From: Octopus vulgaris
Taxonomy: Eukaryota
Reading direction: 5' to 3'
Assembly (NCBI GenBank): GCA_951406725.2
Contig: OX597819.1
Span: forward strand, 94,488,001-94,552,000
DNA: 64,000 bases
Shown: positions 52,762 to 64,000 of the stretch, piece after piece
Layout of the letters: each line of letters starts with the position of its first letter
Numbering within the stretch: position 1 is the first letter of the stretch
Made by a program: the position numbers and the translations under genes
The notes under the pieces: generated by a model
What the model was told of the DNA's origin: nothing
Seen by the model: only the letters and a program-made list of their open reading frames with translations
Database searches by the model: none

Positions 52762-54187
52762 CCCTTTCGTTACTATATTTCTGACCAAAATACACCCCTC
52801 ATGAGTTTCAATTAAATTCTAAAATAATCATGAATCTAGGCTTGTTTCATTAAATAACTGTAACTTTTTTACTTATCAACATATTAATGTGATATTTGGA
52901 ACATAATTAAAGAAAGGGTTCTTAATCAATTCTATTGCATAACTTTTGTCTCAAAGTGACTTTAATTACAGGTAAATCCAGGTAAATTGAGCAAAAGGTA
53001 AAAATATTAAAATTTTGTTTAAACATCACCATAGAAAATGAATCATCAGCTAATATTCAAATGGGTATGCAACAAAATTTTGATAAAGAAGAATTGTGCA
53101 CATCACTAGATCTCAGTTGAATTTAATGCACAACAGGTGTACCATAAAGGTGGAATAAAGTGAAATACTGGAATCCACCGCAAGTTTGACCGAACTAAAG
53201 AAATCGGTCAAAAAATAATATACGGCCCTGGTTATGGTATGGAAGTGATAAATTCCAGACCACATCGTTCCCTAGGCCATGCTGACTAACATTATTTTCC
53301 CTGTATAAAAACTAAATCCACGCAGTACCCAGTATTTGCTTCACAAATTTTCCGAAATTTGAACCCCCATTTTGTGTTTGTTTACATTCTGCGTAAGTTT
53401 GTTTCCGCATTGATCGCTTCAAACAATAACTTCCAGACCACATCTACCCTAAGCCATGCTGACTAACATTAGTTTCCCTGTATAAAAACTAAATCCACAA
53501 CAGTACCCAGTATTTGCTTCACAAATTTTCCAAACTTTGAACCCCCATTTTGTGTTTGTTTACAATCTGTGTAAATTTGTTTTCGAAGTGATCGCTTCAA
53601 ACTAACATACTGAAAAAAATAAAAGTCTAATGGTTTCACTTCCTAAGAAAGGCTATAGATAAACTTTATCTCCTCAGAAAAATTGCTAATAAAAACATTT
53701 TAAAAGTTTTTTACTTCATTCCAATGTAAAATCGTCTTTGCTGTCGCCATCGCCACTTTGTTTCTTCGGAAGGCGCTGCTTTCATTTTCAGATAAAAAAA
53801 AAATCCTATTCATTATTTTGTACACCACGTGCTTTAAGACCTCATGCATTCTTTTTCTCGATATCTCCCTATTTTCCGTTGGAAAAGCTTTAAATTCGGA
53901 ATCAATGCTTGATAATATGAAACTCCTATCCATTTTCAAAGTTGAAGAAAAATCGATGCCGAAAAAAATGTGGAAAAAAATCTCCCAAAATTCACTGAGT
54001 TGAGATATCACGTCAAGCAATGTCGGATACTATAAGCCAACTATTTACAAAGTGAAATCGCATGTTTTAACGAATGTACCAACGAGATTTGGGTTCAAAT
54101 TTACATTTAAATAACAATAGTTTCTCGCGGGCCGGGTTGGTATTATATAAACCAAAAAATTTTTCGGTCGGGTTAGTAACGAAAGGG
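52762..54187 (-). mobile_element. Internally deleted piggyBac-like element related to 553-1625
   Basis: TTAA flanks at 52758-52761 and 54188-54191, same TIR. The left end is the reverse complement of the right end of the first copy. The minus strand encodes MDRSFILSSIDSEFKAF, KWGFKVWKICEANTGYC and frameshifted GRILFFDRF remnants. Internal duplication of about 178 bp at 53253-53602. Confidence 0.85.
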
Positions 54188-55733
54188 TTAATGGTGAATA
54201 TCACTAGATGCTGAGCTGATGAATAGACAACAAACTACCAATGGCCAGGATCAACCAGTTCAGTTAGTGAACCACTGCTATCATCTTCAGTCACAGCATG
54301 CACAGACAGATGAGACATTCAGCTATCAAATGACTAATGCAACCCATTGGTCCAGGCAAGTCACCCAACTGGATGATGAGGATGATGATAGAGGGATAAT
54401 CAAAGTTAAATCATGAAAGGGCCACAAGATCATTGAATTAGCTTATAAGCTGAAAGGCAAAGTCAAATGTGCAAATTTAGACTAAGAACAGAGAAGAAAA
54501 AAATGGAAAAAAACTATAAGAGACACCAAGCATGACTGTAGATATGGATTTCACTTCATAATCACTTGGTTTTGTGGTTCCAAATTCCATCTCACTGCAT
54601 GGTATCTTCAATCATGTATTGTTTACTATAGCTTTAGATCAACTGTCTTGGGAGAGAAATTGGTTGATGGAAACTGTATGAAAGTCAGTTGTATGCATGT
54701 CATCATCATCGTTTAACGTCTGCTTTCCATGCTAGCATGGGTTGGACAATTTTGACTGAGGGCTGGCGAACCAGATGGCTGCACCAGGCTCCAATCTTGA
54801 TCTGGCAGAGTTTCTACAGCTGGATACCCTTCCTAACGCCATGTGAATGTTTATATTCTGCATCTTATGCAAAATCACTTGAGCAAAAACTATATCATTA
54901 TGCTGACATTCCCTATTAAAAAATCAATGCACAGCTCTGTACTTTCAAAGACAAATGGAATATAAAATGCATCACTTGAAAAACAAGTTAGTGCTGGAGA
55001 CAGAAAACTGTAATGTTATGCCTCTGTAATAAGGTTTTATCCAACCTATGCTAGCATAAAAACTGAATAACAGGTGTGAGACATAGTCATTTAGTCTGGT
55101 CCTTATTATATATAACTGTGCAGACATGACTGTGTGGTTAAGAGATTTGCTTCTAAACCAGGTGGGGGTGGCGGCAGTTGTTGTTGAGCAATAGTTGAAG
55201 AGAAACATATAGAACAAATGCAATGATTCTAGTATGTTGCTGGTACATGTTTCTTGACAAAGGAGAGATGAAAAGCAATCTCAGTCTTTTCTAGTCATAT
55301 ATTTATTTATAAAAATGAAATTTTTACAGAATCTTTATGAAATAGGAAAGAACTAAAACAGTTTCTGAATGGTTGATAAAGGATAGGGAAGCCTTTTATA
55401 CCGAACAATTTGAGCTAGATTGGAAGAGCAACAACACTAAATACTTTAATGAATTTGTTCAGTACTCCATAATTTTGATCAACTCCTCATCCCACTTTTT
55501 GATGACAAAATATGACAATAAATGAAATACAGATAGATTTACATCCCAATATGTAGAGATGTAATAGAAATGGGGTTTCTAACAAACTCTGCATCATACA
55601 TCCCATCTCTCTATCCCCGCCTCTCCATTTGTATACTACTTTTAATATTTGGTAATATAAATATTGATGAGTATACTAAAAATATTATGCTACTTGATTT
55701 CTAAGCCTAAATGAAATGCAAATCTCTCTTTTA

Positions 55734-56997
55734 TTGGGTTGGCAACTAAGTTCCCACAGTTTTTTTTTTTCATTTTGGAATTTATTGCGTTTTTAAATTT
55801 TGGAATCTTTTTTTTTTTTTTTTTTTGAGAATTATATTTTTTAATCATTTTGGAATCTATTTTGTTTTGGTTTTTTTTTCTAGTTAATTTTAGTTAATTT
55901 TTGTTTATTTCCAGATCATTAAAATGGAATGTCAAGTTAAGAAAATCAAGCATTTTTGACACCTCCTTCTTTTTGCTTTTAATCAAGGTTCTAAGGCCAC
56001 AAAAGCTGCTCGCGACATTTGTGCTGTGTATGGAGAGGATGCCATAGCTGAAAGAACCACTCGTGATTGGTATGCCATGTTCAAAAATGGAAATTTTGAC
56101 CTCAAAGATGCACCTCATTCTGGCCAGCCATTTGAGTTCAATAAAGAGCGATTAAACCAACTTTTGCACGAACTGGCAGAGAAAATGGAAGGCTCCTACA
56201 CTACTATAGAGAAGCATTTTCACTCGATGGGAAAGGTTCAGAAGTATGGAGCATGGGTTCCTCATGCTTTAAGTGACAACAACAAAAATCAACGAGCCAC
56301 AATCTCCGCAGGTTTGCTTGCTCATCACCGCTCATCTCATGGACACAAGTAAGGATTTCTTTACCGAATCGTTACTGGCAACGAAAAATGGTGCCTGTAC
56401 ATCAATATGAAGCAGCATAAGGAATGGCTTAGCCCCAGTAAACAAGTGACACCACATGTGAAACAAGATCTGCATCTGCGTAAAACGATGTTGTGTAGAT
56501 GGTGGAACTGGGAAGGAATTATCCATTATGAATTGCTTGAACGGAACCAGACGGTCAATGCGGAACTCAACACGGCTATTCAAGAGAAGAGACCTAATCA
56601 GCAGCATGGAGTTCTTCTGCTGCACGACAACACTCGCCCTCATATCTCCAATATGACCAAGGAAGCCATTCAGACGCATGGCTGGGAAGTGATGCCACAC
56701 CCGCCATACTCTCCTGATTTGGCACCAATGGATTTCCACTTTTTCAATCTCTTTCAAATGCTATGCATGGAGTTTCGTTCAATACTGATGCAGAATTGAG
56801 AGCTTGGTTGGATCAATTTTTTGAGTTGAAATCGGGTGATTTCTACCAACGAGGTATTGAAAATCTTGTTGAATGTTGGGAAGAAGTTGTAAACAACAAG
56901 GGTGAATACATTATTGATTAATTAGTTGTTATTTTTTATTCAACCTTTTAAAAAATTTAAATTTAAAAAAACAGCAGGAACTTAGTTGCCAACCCAA
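55734..56997 (+). mobile_element. Near full-length decayed mariner (D,D34D) transposon
   Basis: TA flanks. TIRs TTGGGTTGGCAACTAAGTTCC / GGAACTTAGTTGCCAACCCAA. Transposase pseudogene from the ATG at 55924 to about 56921 with WVPHAL, IVTGNEKW, LLHDNTRPH and YSPDLAPMDFH motifs, in-frame stops and a frameshift. Confidence 0.95.
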
Positions 56998-57034
56998 TAT
57001 TAACCAACAGCAATAATTTTTTTTTTTTTTGCAG

Positions 57035-57181
57035 GGTCCCTACGAGATAAAAAACAACAAACCAGCTCCCGAATGGCCAGAAAAGGGAGAGGTAGTCTTT
57101 AGTAACTATGCTACACGTTATCGAGAAAATATGGACCTGGTTATTAAAGACATAAGTTGTCACATTTTGCCGACAGAAAAG
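57035..57181 (+). CDS. ABCC1: ABCC1-like exon, start of NBD2 (147 nt)
   Basis: gcag|GGT..AAG|gtaatt. Translates GPYEIKNNKPAPEWPEKGEVVFSNYATRYRENMDLVIKDISCHILPTEK. Confidence 0.95.
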
Positions 57182-57604
57182 GTAATTTATGCAAAAGCAT
57201 GCTGATATATTAAAAAATAAGGATTTAGATATTCAATAAAACACTCATCTTTTTTTTTTTAGGCAAAAGAAAACAAAACTAAACTATTAGCTAGGGAGAA
57301 AACAACACTATAATCTTAACTAAAATTTTATATTTCATTTCCTATCTATTCTTCTGTATTAGTATAAATAGGTTGGAAGTGGGAGCAGGGGTAAATTTAA
57401 ACATTTGCATCTTAAAATTTTTCCTATAGTTAGATGAATTTCATGGCTGTGTGCTTAAGATGCTCACCTCCCAACCTGGTTTTGGGTTTAGTCCCACTGT
57501 ATGGAACTTTGTGCAACAGTCTTCTGCTATAGCCCTGACAACAAAAGCCTTGTAAGTAGATTTTGAGAAAAGAAAATGAAAGAAACCAGTTGTGTACATA
57601 AATG

Positions 57605-57635
<31 letters not shown>

Positions 57636-59045
57636 ATTTATGTCTCCTTGTCTTGACATTATAAAACAGTCACCATCATACAAGCTGAGTCCTCGTTTCC
57701 AGACTTCCCTGAAAGCATGTCTGGTTATAAGGAATTATTACCTCACTTAGAAACAGGGGAAATTTGACAATAAGAAAGCATCTGGTCATAGAAAATCTAC
57801 CTTGATGAACCCCATCTGACCCATATAATCAGGTGTCAAACATTAAAACAATGATGGTGTTGGTGGTGGCAAAGATGGCGTCTATTTATCTACACAGGAA
57901 TTTTCAAGGTACTTTTGTATAAGAAAAAAAAATGTGATAAAGTTTTTGTAAGACTTGTTTCTTTAAAACTTTTCTATCTCTATGGCTTCACGGTTAAGAC
58001 TTCACAAACATGTTCTGAGTTTGATCTCACTGTGTAACTTCCTGGGCATAATTTGGTGAACAGAAGTGATGCAGAACCCTACCATGCATCTGTGTGTGTG
58101 TGTGTGTTCTTTGTCAGTGTATCTTAGTGAAGGATGTAACCATTAATGACAAATCGGAAAAATGAATGTTCTTCAAATAGTGTTTTGGGTGGTGGGCTTT
58201 TTATATTTGTTCCAATATTTTCATTATGTTAACCCTTTAGCATTCAGATCACTCTGTCTAGTGTAATTTTGTATTTATCATACATTATCTTGTAGCTTTG
58301 AAATTTCAATATGATTGGTTATTTTTAGAATAGCATTGTAAGGTATGTGTGACAGGCCAGATCTGGCCAGTTTGAACATAAAATAGGTAGAATATTTGGA
58401 TTGGATGTGGCCAGTTTAAATGCTAAAGAGTTAATTGACATTTCTGTGTCACTTTTGCTGTCAGAAATGTCGTAAATTAGTAACTGGTTCTTTGGAAATT
58501 TGTATTCAGTGATACTATTGTTTACGAGTTGTTACATAAAATAAAAACTTGTAAACAGCACTTGTTTTTACTTATTATAGACACCTTACAAACAACACTT
58601 GTTTTTCTCAACAACATTATTGCTCAGCAGCTACCAAACTTATTTTGACATGGAACTGTTATAAATTATTGCAAAACCCCCTACTTTTATTTTATGCACA
58701 ATTTCCACCACAATAATTTTAAAAGCCTTTAAATAAAACAAAAATTGTTTTAGTGAGAGGATCATATAAAATAAATACAACTTATTACTTTGAAAATGGC
58801 GAATAATACTCCTTTCATAAAATAAATTTTGATTAAGTGTTATTAAGAGATGTCTGTAGGTTAATTAAAAAAATGTTGAATTTTTCATCATGTTGATTTT
58901 TTAAATTGACATGTTTTTTGTATAGAGTCTGTATGCTTGATGAAAAGTTTGGTACACACAATCAACACATAGGAGCAAAATTATCAGCTTTTGATTAATT
59001 ATTGTCAAGCTTTGTTGGCATTGGAATGGTTGACAAGCTAAAGAA

Positions 59046-59508
59046 ACATTATTTGCATTTGACAGATATTTGTTCTCATCATGTTCGTTGTTAACACAAT
59101 GTTTTGGCTGATATACCCTCCAGCCTTCATCAGGTGTCTTGGGGAAATTTAGAACCTGGTTTCTCATTCCTAAGGTATTTTTCGATGTTATTATTATCAT
59201 TATCATTATTCAGGTCACTACCTGGAATTGAACTCGGAATATTGGGGTTAGTAGTCCACGCTCTTAACCACTATGCCCACAGGCATATGGCGTAGTGGTT
59301 AAGAGCGCGGGTTACTAACCCCAAGATTCCAAATCCGATTCCAGGCAGAGACATGAATAACAATAACATCGAAAAATACCTTAGGAATGAGAACCCAGGT
59401 TCGAAATTTCCCCAATACACCTGATGAAGGCTGGAGGATATATCAGCTGAAATGTTGTGTTAACAACAAACAAGATGAGAACAAATATCTGTCAAATGTA
59501 AATAACGT
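59046..59508. mobile_element. Head-to-head inverted dimer of a tRNA-headed element ending in a Penelope-type hammerhead motif
   Basis: Arms of about 225 bp are reverse complements around 59277-59289. Each has GGCGTAGTGGTTAAGAGCGCGGG.. at its head and CACCTGATGAAGGCTG..CAGC(C)GAAA(C)GTTGTG near its end. Confidence 0.7.
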
Positions 59509-59659
59509 ACATAATTCTTCATCTCTTAAATATAGCTGTATTGAGCTAAAGAAATTTCTCAGATTTCTAAATAAGTATTTCAATTGATGTAATTTTTCCT
59601 GGTTGTAAAGCAAAAATTTAAATGTGCTAACCTATTTTTATTTTATCCTAAACTTATAG

Positions 59660-59830
<171 letters not shown>

Positions 59831-59972
59831 TAAATTTTCACTTAAACTGTTTTCTTCCTTTTTTGAAACGAAGGTTCTTATTCAATAGTGATAATACTAA
59901 ATTCTTGGTCATTTAGTCATGAGTTGAAATGTTAAATACTTTTATATTTGAACCATTAGTTGAATATCTTAA

Positions 59973-60191
59973 CCCTTTCATTACCAACCTGGCTGAAACC
60001 AGCTCTGGCTCTGAGTACAAATGTCTTGTTTTCATACGTTTTGAATTAAAATCTTCCACCAAACCTTAGTCACAATTTATGTTCCTAACACTAGCTGAAT
60101 GATAACTAAGTTATTTACAAAATTCTCTATGATATTTAAGGTAATCAAAAGAAACACAGAGCATCTCAAAATAAATACAGTAACAAAAGGG
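59973..60191. mobile_element. piggyBac-type MITE (related copy at 61725-61892)
   Basis: TTAA|CCCTTTCATTAC ... GTAACAAAAGGG|TTAA. The ends resemble the TIRs of the larger piggyBac elements. Confidence 0.75.
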
Positions 60192-62108
60192 TTAATCAGT
60201 CAGCTTCTAAATTGCTTTTTTTTTTGTTATTTTTTTTAAAATTTGTCTACTGTCTGTATCTTGTTTTGTCTATCCTCCAGCCTTAATAAAAGATGATACA
60301 TTAAAGTATGTGATAGTTTCCAAGTTGCTCAGCAAATAAGAGATTTTTCTTCCACTAAATAACATACCAGTCTGTTATATGGTGCTGATGATTTAGCTGC
60401 AAGTCAAACCTGATCCAGCAGACCTATGATCTAAGAAATTACAACTGTGGTTATTTATCTTTTCTCTAGACTATGTTATTTAATGTATCTCGTTTCCTTA
60501 TTTAAGATATTGTGTAATGTGAGGCAGATAGATCTGGCTGTTATTTCTGGTTAGTACAGCAACTGGGTAAAGGGTCTTTATTACAGGTTTCATCCATGGC
60601 GAAACTTATGCTCAGTACTGCAATCATCATTTAACGTCCGTTTTCCATGCTAGCATGGGTTGGACGGTTTGACTGGGTCTGGGAAGCCAGGAGGTTGCAC
60701 CAAGCTCCAGTCTGATATGGTAGTATTTCTACAGCTGGATGCCCTTCTTAACGCCAACCACTCCATGAGTGTAGTGGGTGCTTTTTACGTGCCACCGGCA
60801 CAGGAACTAGAGGGGGCTGGCAAACGGCCACGATCGGTTGGTGCTTTTTACATGTCACCACCACGGACGCCAGTCTGGCCACGCTGGCATCACCCACATA
60901 CATATAGTGCTTTTTACGTGCCACCAGCACTGGTATCTTAACTACAATTTCCATTTGATTTTTATCACTCTAAAGAAATATTTGCCAATTACCTACCTCC
61001 TAGAATTTTGGCTCAAGGCTAGCATTTTCAAGGGAGGGAACAAAGTTGATTACATCAACTCCAGTACTCAACTGGTATTTATTTTATCGACCTTGAAATT
61101 ATGAAAGGCAAAGTCAACTTCAGCAGAATTTAAACTCAATGTAAATATAGATGAAATGCCACTAAGCATTTTGCCTGGTGTGCTAACAATTCTACCAGCT
61201 GGCTGCCTTTATCTCCTAGATTATTGAAAGTGAAATATCCCTACCAGAGACATAATGTGGTACTAGAAACACAGACCACTATCATACAAATTAACTAGCT
61301 GTAATTCTTAAGTAAGAGGGTAAAGACTCCCTTCGGTCATGAATGACCATGGGATTGCACCTAGAAAGGTCCCTCTGAGGCACATGTCCAGGCAAAGTTG
61401 TTTATGGAAGACCAGCAGTTGCCCATGCATACCAGCCTCCCTTCTCCATGCCATCAATGTTATTCAAGGGAAAAGCAAAGGCTGATACAGCTTGGCACCA
61501 ATGACAAGCAACTCATTTCTACAGCTGAGTGAACTGGAGCAATGTGAAATAAAGTGTCTTGCTCAAGAACACCACACACAGCCTGGTCCAAGAATCAAAC
61601 TCACTACCTCATGATTGTGAGCCCAATGATTCAATTGCCGAGCCATGTGCCTTCATAGTTTTTAAGTACCACTTTTAAAAATCAGTAAAAGCATCTAATG
61701 TGGGTCAGCTCTAATTTTTTTTAACCCTTTTGATATCAACCAACTTCAGACCACCCTTGATTCTATGATGTTAATTTCTGTTCCAAACACTAACTTAATA
61801 GTGATGGAGTTATTTTGCTAAATTCTTTGTTACTTTCAAAATTAATTTAAACAATGGTAGTGTCTTTGAATAGAAATATGGTAGCAAAAGGGTTAAACCC
61901 CTAACTGTGGCAGTTGCCCTAACTCAGAAGTATGAGCATCACTTTGAATCAAGCAAAAAATGTTAATACATTTTACAATTTACATTTTTCTTAGTTATGA
62001 TAGATAAAATAAACTTAAGACCATGCTAAAGTACTATCTCCATTAGTGTTTGTGATATGCTAGTATATTGTTTATATCTCCTATTCCTGTGATGTCACTA
62101 GTATTTGA

Positions 62109-62285
<177 letters not shown>

Positions 62286-62860
62286 TAATGTAACTCGTTT
62301 ACTATAGTAATAAGTTAGCGTAATTGTCTTTATTCAGCATAACATATAGAGAATAGAAAAATCTGTACAAAAGACTTTACCATAATATTTCTCATTTTAA
62401 GGGAATTTTATCTATAGAATTCATTCTTTTTGTTCTATATTAATTTCTAACATTGGCACAAGACCACAGATTTAGGAAGAGAGTGCAGTCAATTAAACAA
62501 CTCAAGTATTTGGCTGGTGCTATAAATTCATCAACCCCAAAAAAGGTTCTGATGATGAAATTTGGATGAAAAACAAAACTGACCTTTGCAAAATTTGAAT
62601 TCAAAATGTGAAGGGTTTACAACTAGATACAAAGATGACTATTGGATAAAGAATTTCCAAGCAATTCAAGTGGTAAAAACCTATAGAAGATGGAACTAAT
62701 GAAGTGTTGAAGGTTGACAAAGGAGTGCAACTGCTCATGCAAGCATAGAAAAATGGGCATATAGTGATGATGCATTGAATAAAAATATTATATTGAGTTT
62801 CATTCCTTTACACCAAGGAGAACTTAGTCCTTCAAATTATAGAGATCACTAAATTAAGTA

Positions 62861-63323
62861 CAGTGATCCCTCACTACTTCGCGGTTCAACTATCGCAGAT
62901 TCATGACTTCATAGATTTTTAAAATATATATGAACACCTAAAATTTTTCATTAAATCCATTAAAATATTAATATTATTTCCTAGTCTAGGAACAACAAAA
63001 CAAGTGTAAAATAGCAAAAAAGCATTTACAGGGGTATTTGAACTTAAGACGAGCAGTGATTGGTGCAATGGAGAGGCAACGAATCGCAGCTTTCTATTTT
63101 GTAATCTGGCCTGTGTAACAATCTTTATTTTTGTAAATCTAAAGTGTTATTGCTTAACAGTTGTCTTTGTTATTAATAGACTACTGTAATGGGTGGGTTG
63201 TTACCAGTACAGGGAGGATTATAAAAGTTCAAATACATGTTAAATAAATACTGTAAATATGGTGTCCCTACTTCGCAGAAATTCAGTTATCACCAATCTA
63301 CCATGATAAACAAGGGATCACTG
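62861..63323. mobile_element. Tigger/pogo-like non-autonomous element
   Basis: TA|CAGTGATCCCT ... AGGGATCACTG|TA termini. Confidence 0.75.
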
Positions 63324-64000
63324 TACAATGGAAGAGATAGTAAGTAAAGAAAATAGTTTGGGCGCAATGTTTCTGTATGGTCACAAATTCTAAAAACAGT
63401 AAAAGAAGGTAAAAGAGGCTCCTTACAATGATCAAACAATTCAAGTAAAACAAAGTTAGGATCAAAAACATGAAAAATGTGGAGGAATTTACACTACTTG
63501 TAATATCTGCAATATATAATTTACTAATCAAAGTTAAAGGGTTTAAAGCATTCAAAGAAACTTATGTCACAGGCTTCTTTAAAAAAAGGGATACCAAATA
63601 AAGACATACAAATTGGGTAAATAGCTCCATGGCAAAATAAGAAATTATCTTTCAGTTTAGAAGATTCATCATCATCATCGTTTAACATCTGTCTTCCATG
63701 CTGGCATGGGTTGGACAGTTTGATGGGAGCTGGCCAGGCAGAAGACTGCACCAGATTTGTCTGTTTTTGCACATGGAACCAGCACAGATGAGGTCAGTTT
63801 TGGCATGATTTTTTACATCTGTATGCCCTTCCAAATGCCAGCCATTTCACAGTATTGAAGCTTTTTATGTAACACCAGCAGAACTATCCTTTGGAATCAA
63901 TAATTCACAAGTGCTTCAGTGTGATGCCCATTGATATTGAGTTTAGTGTAGATCTGCTTTAGAATTTGGTCTTAAATACAGTGCAAGAAATTGATATGAT

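Noticed and set aside
59289-59350. Functional tRNA gene
   Set aside because: The D-arm-like start is present, but the T-arm and acceptor stem are degenerate and it is embedded in a repeat, so I treated it as a SINE head.

Overview
This is AT-rich, repeat-dense animal genomic DNA. The SINE families, (GAT)n-tailed retroelements and microsatellites look like an octopod cephalopod, which is an inference. The window lies inside one large + strand gene for an ABCC1/MRP1-like ABC transporter. I reconstructed 20 constitutive exons plus one alternative exon pair, with consistent splice sites and reading phases, from 7940 to 62284. They cover TMD1, NBD1, the linker, TMD2 and most of NBD2; the 5' and 3' ends lie outside the window. 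The main observation is that the 311-nt TMD2 exon occurs twice (33995-34305 and 38388-38698). The copies have identical length and phase, intact frames and only about 27% amino-acid identity, and joining both causes a frameshift, so they look like mutually exclusive exons. The flanking introns contain two crossing long-range complementary pairs (33793-33818 with 38286-38311, and 34392-34411 with 38770-38790). One pair would loop out copy A and the other copy B, which suggests an RNA-structure switch between two substrate-pocket variants. Other features are a GC-AG intron, Penelope-type minimal hammerhead motifs, several near-perfect foldback palindromes, a decayed mariner, two internally deleted piggyBac elements with related MITEs, RTE LINE fragments and many SINEs. 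Most short ORFs in the supplied track are spurious or repeat-derived.
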